This document shows, in pieces, positions 33,691 through 42,299 of a DNA stretch of 42,299 bases (positions within the stretch are counted from its first letter, which is position 1; every line of letters begins with the position of its first letter). Source of the stretch: Chiloscyllium plagiosum (taxonomy: Eukaryota); NCBI RefSeq assembly GCF_004010195.1, contig NC_057755.1, positions 11,738,580 to 11,780,878 of the forward strand, written 5' to 3'. Both the position numbers and the translations under genes were made by a program. The notes under the pieces are model-generated. The model saw only the letters and a list, made by a program, of their open reading frames with translations. It did no database searches and was not told the DNA's origin.

Positions 33691-34409
33691 CTAGACTAGT
33701 CAATGATGCTCATATACAATGAAATAATTTCAAAAAGTAGATACATGCATAAATCCATTTGCACATATAGTTACGTACAAATGCGCAAACAGACACAGAG
33801 ATACATTGGGACTGACTAACTTCCATTCTGAGTTAGGTTAAAGTCCAGGTTCCAGAGGCGATTCCCTTGCCCATGGCACTGTCCCAATCATAATGCCATA
33901 GAGATCGACAGCACAGAAAAGGCTCTTTGGCCCATGAAGTCTGCACCAGTCAAAAATGAGCGTTTAACTATTTTTATCTTGTTTTCCATCACTTAGCTCA
34001 CAGTCTTATCAGCTTTGGCATCAAGTACCAAGTACGCATCTAAGTACTTCTCAATTATGGCTGTCAGCTTGAGTCAAAAAGTTAAGAATTTAAGACTTTC
34101 TGCAGTTCCTTGAGTGCTTACATAGAGGCTGAGAATCCAGTGCCCAAGCATACACACCAGATTTCTTTTAGTTGTGCTGATCTGGGAGAGTTATCTTCTG
34201 TCATGCACTGCTCAAGCGTTGGTACAAGAGGGACATTTTTTGATTCCTGGGTCACTGGGACCATTTTTGGGGAAGGAGGGACAAATGAGATGGTCTGCAT
34301 CAATATTCTGGCAGATAGTTTTGCTATTGCACTTGTCTGCCAGGTAAGGGGACGCAGAATATCAATGAAACAGAGACCCATCATGCTACAGCACAGGGGT
34401 TCAGCTCTC

Positions 34410-34745
34410 AAACGTAGAATGTTACAGCACAGTACAGGCCCTTCAACCCTCGATGTTGCATCGACCTGTGAAAATAATCTGATGCCCATCTAACCTACAC
34501 TGTTCCATTATTATCCATATATATGTCCAATGCCTTAACTTCAGCGAGTCTACTACTGTTGCAGGCAGACTGTTCCACACCCCTACTACTCAGGGTAGTA
34601 AAGAAACTACCCTGATATCTGTCCTAAATCTAGCATCCCTCAACTTAAAGCTATGTCCCCTTGTGTTAGCCTTCACCATCCGAGGAAAGAGGCTCTCACT
34701 GTCCACCCTACCTAATCCTCTGTTTATCTTGTATGTCTCGATTTG
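34410..34745 (-). mobile_element. CR1 3' end (another subfamily)
   Basis: IETYKINRGLGRVDSESLFPRMVKANTRGHSFKL on the minus strand. Confidence 0.85.
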
Positions 34746-34779
34746 AGTGACAAGTCGATGGTCTTTATTGTTAACAGTG

Positions 34780-37500
34780 TAAAAGTAAGACTGATGAGTT
34801 AATGGTGTGGATTGGCAATGGAAGTATGATTTAGTTGCCATAACAGAAACACAGTTGAGGGAAAGGCTGGACTGACAACTCAGTATTCCAAGGTATAGGA
34901 TCTTAAGGCGACACACAGGTGGGTGTAAAAAGGGTGGTGATGTAGCACTATTAATTAAGGAGTCAATTATTGCATTAAGGAGAGATGATGTATCGGAAGG
35001 GCCCTCAAATGAGGTTTCAGGGTAGATTTTAGGAATATTAAGGGGCCATCTACTTGGAGTGTATTACAGACCCGCAAAGAATCGTGAGCAATAGATGTGC
35101 AAATGTGTAGACAGTTCACAGAGATGTGTAAGAGTAATACAGAAGTAATAATTACCTAGGGGATTTCAGCTTTGCCGACATGGATTTCAAAAGATGACTT
35201 TGCATTGGGAGTAGACAGATTTTATGAAAATGAAGCTGGATCTGGCCCCAGTAGGCTTGAAACAGCTCCTTGCGGGTAAATACAGTAGAGCAATGAGTGG
35301 CATTCAAAAAGGAGCTGGGGAGAGTGCAGGTCCAAAATGTACCTTTTAGAGGAAAATAGCAGCAATAAATTCAGAGAACCCTGCATGTCTGGGACACTTC
35401 AGGTGTGGATAAAGAAAAAGAATAGGGCTTTAAGCAAGTTCAAAGGGAGCAATTCAACTGCAGCCCTGGAGGAATACAGGGCATGCAGGGGGGACTTAAT
35501 AAAGCAATCAGAAGAACAAGAAGGGAAGATGAAGAAGGACTTGTGAACAGCATTAGGAAGAATCATAAGATATTTTATCAATACATTAAAGGGAAGAAGC
35601 TAACCAGACTAAGACTAGGGACCAAGGGCAACCTGTCTGTGAAGCTGCAAGATACTGGAAGGGGTTGAATGAATTCCTCTCTTTGGTCTTTACTCTTGGA
35701 AATGAGTTTAGGTACGGAATTCAGGAAAAGAGACTCTGAGGAACTCGCACAGTTTGACAGGAAATGGGGAGGTATTGGATGCTCTGTTGGGCTTAAAAGG
35801 AGAGAAATCCCTCACCCAGGTGAATTGCATCCTAGGCTGCTGTGGGAGGCGAGGCAGGAAATTGCAGGGCCTGTAAAACAATTTTTTAATTCCTCTCTGG
35901 ACGCAGGAAGTGTCAGAGGACTGGAGGATGGCTAATGTGGTTCCACATTTTAAGAAGGATGGTAGGGATGAGCCAGGAAATTACAGACTGGTGAGTCTCG
36001 CATCAGTGGAAGGGAAACTATTGGAGAAAATTCTGAAATAGTGAATTAATGCCCACTTGGAAAGGCATGGGGAAGTTAGGAATAGTTAGCATGGTTTTGT
36101 CAGAGGGAAGTCACGCCTATCAAATTTGTTAGAATTTTTTGAAAATGGTATCATAGGTTGGATGAGGGAAGTTCAGATTGGTGTAGTTTTTATGAATTAT
36201 AGCAAAGCTTTGACAAGGTCCCACGTGGGAGACTGATTGAAAAGATTAAAGCACACAGAATTGAAGGGAACTTGGTGTAATGGATCAGAAATGGCTTAGT
36301 AATAGGATACAAAAGGTAGTGGTAGAAGGCTGTTTGAGTAACTGGAGGCCAATGTTTAGCGGTCTACGGCAAGGATCTGTTCTGGGGCCCTTATTGTTTG
36401 TTATACATAAATTATATAGATGAAAATGTATGGGAAATGTCAAGCAAATTTGTAGATGAAACCACGATTGGTCGAGTGGTTTATAATGAAGATGATGATT
36501 GTAGGTTATAGGAAGTTATAAATGGATTAGTCAGATTAGTGGCAGATGGAATTAACCCTCATAAATGTGAGATTATACACTTTTGGAAGAAGAAACAAGG
36601 TGAGGAAGTATTTAATGAACACTGGATAGCTTAGAGGAACAGAGGAATACTGGGGTAATTATTCAGAAGTCCATGTGAATGGGATAGTTAAGAGGATGTA
36701 TTGGACACTTGCTTTCATCAGTTGTGGCATGGAGTATAAGAGCAAGAAGTTAATGTTGGAGTTGTACAGAACATTGGCCAGGCCACAACTGTGCAGTTCT
36801 GGTCACCTCACTTCAGAAAGGATGTGATAGCGCTAGAGAGGTTACAAAGGAGGTTCACCAGGATGTTGCCACGGATAGTGAAATTGAGCTAAAGGACAGA
36901 TAGGCTTGGTTGTTTATTTTTAGAGCAGAGAAGACTGAGAGGGGATGATTGAGGTGTGTAAGATTATGGGGGTTGTGGACAAGGTGAATAGACAGCAGAG
37001 TCAAAAAGTATGGCACTGGAAAAGCAAGCCAGTCAGGCAGCATCCAAGGAGCAGGAGGGTTGATGTTTCGAGCATAAGCACTTCATCAGGAATGATGAAT
37101 AAGCTTATGCTGAAAACGTCAATGCTCTTGCTCCTCAGATGCAGCCTGACTGGCTGTGCTTTTCCAGCACCGTACTTTTTGACTCTGATCTCCAGCATCT
37201 GCAGTCCTCACTTTCTCCTGAATACAGAGCAGCTGTTTTAGGGTAAAGGGGAGGAGATTCAGAGAGGATTTAGGGGGTAAGAAAAGTGGGAATCTGGAAT
37301 GCACTGCCTGGGAAGGTAGTGGAGACTGGAAACCTTCCAACCTTTTAAAAAATGTATTTGGATGAGCACTTTGAGTATCGTAACATTTAAAGATGTGGGA
37401 TAAGTGCGGGAAATTGAGATTAGTTTACTTGTAACTGGTACTTTTGTTGGTGCAGACGTGATGAGGCAAAGGGCCTTTTCTACGTTTTATGAATTTATGA
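34780..37500 (+). mobile_element. Old CR1 ORF2 (APE+RT to 3' end), heavily degraded
   Basis: YDLVAITETQL, GVYYRP, FYQYIKGK, HPRLLWEARQEIAGP, ctttgacaaggtcccac, VQFWSPHFRKD. Confidence 0.88.
36999..37218. mobile_element. Fold-back Penelope-derived mini-element, copy 4 (long hairpin)
   Basis: Inverted arms at about 36996-37088 and 37093-37187. TSD TGAATAGACAGCAG/TGAATACAGAGCAG (12/14) at 36985-36998 and 37219-37232. Confidence 0.85.
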
Positions 37501-37807
37501 ATGGGATGTACATGTTGTTAATGTTGTGTAAGGATAAGAAGAAACTTGGTGATAATGGTTGCACTACTTACAAGTATCTGTATATTGAGTTCATCATATA
37601 GCTTGCATATCAAGACGCGTATCTCAGCTTGGTACACCTTCATGAGACTTGTAAAAGAATCCCTCTGTTAGCGTGAATACATACATGTGTACAGACTATT
37701 TTCTGATCTATTCAAGTCCAATCTTAAAGCTCTTTGTTGAGGTATAGCTTGAATTGCTCAGTCAGTAATTGTTCAATGCACACAACAAGAAGACTCTACG
37801 AGGAGAG

Positions 37808-40800
37808 TTAAAAATCACACAACATCAGGCTGTAGTGTTGTGTTTAATTGGAAGCACACTAGCTTTCGGAGCATCGCTCCTTCATCAGGTGGTTGTGGAG
37901 GACACAATTGTAAGACACAGAATTTATAGCAAAAGTTTACAGTGTGATGTAACTGAAATTATACATTGAAAAATACTTGACTGTTGCGTCTTTCATCTGT
38001 TCGAATACCATGATAGTTTCACTTAATTCATGTGTAAATTACAAAACTTTTTTTAAAAAGTTGCATTCTCAGGTTAACTGTAACAATTGGTGTTAACTAG
38101 ACAATATGTTGAAGGTGTTAGCTCCCTGTGGGCTCTGTCTATGCCATAATGTTTAGACTGTTTCTAATCTAAAACGTGAGATAACAGAGTCTTGCATGAA
38201 TTCATGCAGTTTTTGAGCAAAGTACAATGTAACTCTGCAAGTACAAATTCACCCCACAAATGTGTGTGCGTGAGTGTAGAGTGGTCTAGGTCTCTCAGAG
38301 GGGGTGTATGTGTGGGTGTGTATGTGTAGTGCAATGGGTGTTGCAATGTAGTGTGAAATGTCCCAGTTGAGGCCCTCCCTATGGGTACGGAACTTAGCTA
38401 TCAGCCTCTGCTTGGCCACATCGGAAAGATCCCAAAAGGATCACGGATCATGAACCCACTCAAGTCAATCTACAACAGAGACTACGCAGAGAAACTTTGC
38501 CACCGTACCTCTTGCAAGCTTCTCAATCATCTTGTGCACCAAATCCACAGCAGGCACCACAACCTTGAAATTCACATGGAGTCCACACTCTCATCACGAC
38601 CTTGCCAAACAGACAAGGTGACAAAACCACACCACTTACATGCACACCAAGAACAAAAAGCTGGAGAAACTTGGCATTCCTACCAGTAGTAGCAAAGCCC
38701 ATCCTGGCACCACAGTAGATAACATTATCACTGCGGAGAAGTCTATGAACAACTTATCGGACCACGCCCTTCGGCTGGAAGAGATTGAAGTCCTGAGCAG
38801 GGGTCTCAACTTCTGCCCCACCATCAAAATAGACCCATTGGTTTTTGCAGCAGACACTGAGGAGTTCATCAGACGAATGAGACTCTGGGAATTCTTTCAA
38901 GGTGCCAGTAGTGATCCCAACGAGCCCACTGATGAACTGGAACAGTCATCACAGGGATCTGTAGAGAAGCGACCAAAGAAGGTGTCAACTTGGACCCCAC
39001 CGGAGGGCCGCTGCCCTGGGCTTGACATGTATGCTCAAACCGTCAGGAAGTATATAAATGCCAGATTCATCAGCCGTGCCCACAAGATAGAGCAAAACAT
39101 CACATGTTCACAACGCAACTCCATCCAGGCTCTCAAAACTAATCACAACATCGTCATCTAATCAGCAGATAAAGGAGGAGCCATTGTCATTCAGAATAGA
39201 ACAGATTACTGCAAGGAAGTGTACTAGCAACTAAACAACCAGGAACACTACAGGCAACCACCAGCTGATCCGACCAAAGAACACCACCCGTGAATTAAAC
39301 ACATTGATCAGGACTTTGGATCCAGTCCTTCAGAGTTCCCTACGCGTCCTCAAGCCACGTACTTCTCGTGTAGGCGACTTCTACTGCCTTCCAAAGGCAG
39401 TCCCATCGTATCAGGCAATGGGACCCTGTGTGAGAATCTCTCTGGCTATGTTGAAGGCTGGATCCCCAGCTTCTGTCGCAACACTATGGATTTCTTACAG
39501 AAACTCAGCACCCACGGACCAGTCGAACCAGGAACATTCCTCGTCACAATGGATGTTTCAGCACACTTCACCAGCATCCCCCACAATGATGGCATCGTGG
39601 CATCAGCCTCCGTACTCAACACCAACAACTGCCAATCTCCAAACACCGTCCTACAACTTATCCGCTTTATCCTCGATCACAACGTCTTTACCTTTGACAG
39701 CCAGTTCTTCATCCAGACACACAGAACCGCTATGGAGACCAAATTTGCACCCCAATATGCCAACATCTTTATGCACAGGTTCGAACAAGACTTCTTTTCT
39801 ATGCAGGACCTCCATCCAACATTATACACCAGGTACATTGATGACATTTTCTTCCTCTGGATTCATGGCGAGGATAAAACTACATAGTGATATGTAGTTT
39901 TAACTACAAGTTTCATCCTGCCATCAAACTCACCATGGGCTGCTCTCGACTATCTGTCTCATTCTTGGACATATGCATCTCCATCAAGGATGGATACCTC
40001 AGCATCACACTCTACCGCAAACCCACAGGCAACCTCATAACGCTAGACTTCTTCAGCTTCCACCCAAAACATATTAAAACAGCCATCCCCTATGGACAAA
40101 CCCTACGCGTACACCGGATCTGTTCAGATGAGGAGGAACGTGATAGGCACCTGGAAGTACTCAGGGATGCCCTCATAAGAACTGGGTATGATGCTCGGAC
40201 ATGTTCCGACATGCCACAACAAGGAACTGTAATGACCTCCTCGGGAGACAGACACGTGCTGCAACTGACAGGGTACCCTTCGTTGTCCAGTACTTCCCAG
40301 GAGCTGAAAACCTACGCCATGTTCTTCGTGACCTGCAACACATTATCAATGAGGATGAGCACCTCGGCAAAACTACAGGTGACCCATTGCACTACACACA
40401 CACACAGACCCAGTTGCACACATATACATATACGTTTGTGGGGTGAATTTGTACTTGCAGAGTTGCATTGTACTTTGCTCAAAAACTGCATGAATTCATG
40501 CAAGACTCTGTTATCTCACGTTTTAGATTAGAATCAGTCTAAACATTATGGCACAGACAGAGAACACAGGAGACTAACACCTTCATCATATTGTCTAGCT
40601 AACACCAATTGTTAGAGTTAACCTGAGAATGCAACTTTTTTTAAAAAAAGTTTTATACATGAAAGAAATGAAACTATCGTGGTATTCAAACAGATGAAAG
40701 ACTCAACAAACAATCGAGGTATTTTCAATGTATAATTTCATTGTGTCCTCCACAACCACCCGATAAAGGAGCGTGCTCTGAAAGCTAGTGTGCTTCCAAT

Positions 40801-40880
40801 TAAACCTGTTGGACTATAACCTGGTGTTGTGTGATTTTTAACTTTGTACACCAGTCCAACACCGGCATCTCCAAATCATG
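37808..40880 (+). mobile_element. Penelope-like element with inverted pseudo-LTRs and a broken RT ORF
   Basis: VLSRGLNFCP, SADKGGAIVI, LVTMDVSAHFTSIPH, FAPQYANIFM, YTRYIDDIF, LYRKPT, AIPYGQ. 37808-38345 is the reverse complement of about 40380-40840. 38345-38420 on the minus strand encodes the endonuclease C-terminus (QRLIAKFRTHREGLN). Confidence 0.92.
37857..37891 (-). ncRNA. Minimal type I hammerhead ribozyme motif in a PLE terminal repeat
   Basis: Minus strand CAC-CTGATGA-A-GGAGC-GAT-GCTCC-GAAA-GCTA-GTG: stem I CAC/GTG, 5-bp stem II, palindromic AGCT stem III. Confidence 0.75.
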
Positions 40881-41355
40881 AATACTAGGAAAGGAATGGA
40901 CCCTCAGATTAAAAGTTGGATACTCTTGACTGAGTGGTCTGAGCTCAAGTCCAATCTTCAGTAATTTTCCAAAATGATTGACATGTAAATACCCAAGTAG
41001 ACTTCAGGTTCAGCCTCAGGTACATCTCCAGTCAATAGCAAGGAGCTGACTCATTGGATCTAGATTGTACAACAAATATAATTGATTTCTTGACCCCTGC
41101 TACCTTCCCATATTTGGTTCCAGTGCCTGGGCTGTTCAGGGTTATTCCCAGTCTTCCAAAACTAGGGTAGAGAGCGAGGAAAGAAAATTGACTAACATAG
41201 CCAGACATGAAAAATATTCCGTGAGCATAACAGGTAACGGCAGAGATGAGGTGCATGCTGGAAGATAGTTTAGAGGACACCGGAACCGATGGGAACCACT
41301 ATAGGCCACATCCTTAATGAATAGTAAATGAAAACAAAATTCTTCCTTTTCTCAG

Positions 41356-41541
41356 GTTAACGATCTTCGAAAAGAATTGGAAAGTAGGAATCAAAGCTCG
41401 AAGGGGTTGAAATCCCAGTTGATAGCCCGGCTAACAAAACAACTAAAAACTGAGGCGGAGAAAGAAGAGCAGAAGGAATCTGAGAAATCTGAAAGAGAAG
41501 ATGATGACGAGGACGATAAAAGATCTGAAGATGACAAAGAG
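41356..41541 (+). CDS. CCAR1: CCAR1 internal coding exon (6th), 186 nt, SAP domain and acidic stretch
   Basis: cttttctcag|GTT acceptor, GAG|gtacca donor. Encodes VNDLRKELESRNQSSKGLKSQLIARLTKQLKTEAEKEEQKE...DDKE. Confidence 0.96.
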
Positions 41542-41929
41542 GTACCATTTGCAATTTTTCAGTGTTTATGCTTAAAGGTATTGTCCAAAGAGACACTGGC
41601 ACATGGCAAGCTGGGGGCAGGATTGTACCAATTTACTGTGCGTGCTGTGTGAGAGGCCATGCTAGACCTGGATGTGGACCCTCTGAACTGGACGCAGAAG
41701 CTAGCAATCGGAGGGTCTGAAACATTGTAGGTGTGCTGTGTGGGTTTGACCACTGTTGAGGACTGTTTTCTGCTGGATCATCTTCTTCCACCCAATCAAC
41801 TGATAGCTGTGGAAATGTATCCTCAAGCCTATTTCCAGGAATTTCAGTGAATTATGGGCTTCTGGGTTTGAATATGGTTTTGAAAAGTTGTATTCAAAAG
41901 GTGCTGGAGGAACTCAGCAGGTCTGGCAA

Positions 41930-42299
41930 CATAGAACAGTACAGCACAGAACAGGCCCTTCAGCCCACGATGTTTTGCCGACCACTGATCCTCATGTGTG
42001 CACCCTCAAATTTCTGTGACCATATGCATGTCCAGTAGTCTCTTAAATGTCCCCAATGACCTTGCTTCCACAACTGCTGCTGGCAATGCATTCCATGCTC
42101 TCTCAACTCTCTGTGTAAAGAACCCGCCTCTGACATCCCCTCTATACTTTCCTCCAACCAGCTTAAAACTATGACCCCTCGTGTTAGTCATTTCTGCCCT
42201 GGGAAATAGTCTCTGGCTATCGACTCTATCTATGCCTCTCATTATCTTGTATACCTCAATTAGGTCTCCTCTCCTCCTCCTTTTCTCCAATGAAAAAAG
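41930..42299 (-). mobile_element. CR1 3' end, continues past the window edge
   Basis: [49 protein letters not shown] on the minus strand. Confidence 0.92.

Noticed and set aside
36996..37187. miRNA precursor or MITE
   Set aside because: The hairpin belongs to a repeat with asymmetric arms, long TSDs and hammerhead motifs, which fits retroposition better.
37808..40880. DNA transposon with long TIRs
   Set aside because: The interior encodes PLE RT; the inverted arms are typical Penelope 5' inversions; no transposase motif.
41895..41930. Fifth fold-back mini-element (gtgctggaggaactcagcaggtctggca)
   Set aside because: Only about 35 bp is visible before a CR1 insertion that runs off the window; no TSD can be checked.
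1..42299. CRISPR arrays, operons or other prokaryotic systems; remaining short ORFs as genes
   Set aside because: The sequence is vertebrate intronic DNA; no repeat-spacer array; the short ORFs map to TEs or lack recognisable homology.

Overview
Eukaryotic genomic DNA from a cartilaginous fish, probably a carpet/bamboo shark (inferred from HE1-type V-SINEs and shark-type CR1 and Penelope families). The window holds six internal + strand coding exons of CCAR1 (2709-2934, 4375-4488, 27330-27496, 28323-28533, 29498-29581, 41356-41541). They join into one in-frame 988-nt segment covering the DBC1/Nudix-like region and the SAP domain. The 22.8-kb and 11.8-kb introns are filled with nested retroelements: CR1 LINEs (one near full length), a second LINE clade with a partner SINE, HE1 SINEs, Penelope-like elements with minimal hammerhead motifs, a Gmr1-type LTR element (integrase upstream of RT), solo LTRs and a split endogenous-retrovirus pol relic. 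There is one assembly gap at 21845-22205. Most notable: (i) four copies of a 150-220-bp fold-back, hammerhead-bearing mini-retroelement, each with a 14-15-bp TSD; (ii) a splicing cassette after the 211-nt CCAR1 exon, with no recognisable TE, where a very weak GC donor abuts a branch point/3' splice site and competes with sites that introduce premature stops. All calls were made by eye and from memory of the families; no searches were run, and TE boundaries are approximate unless a TSD is quoted.
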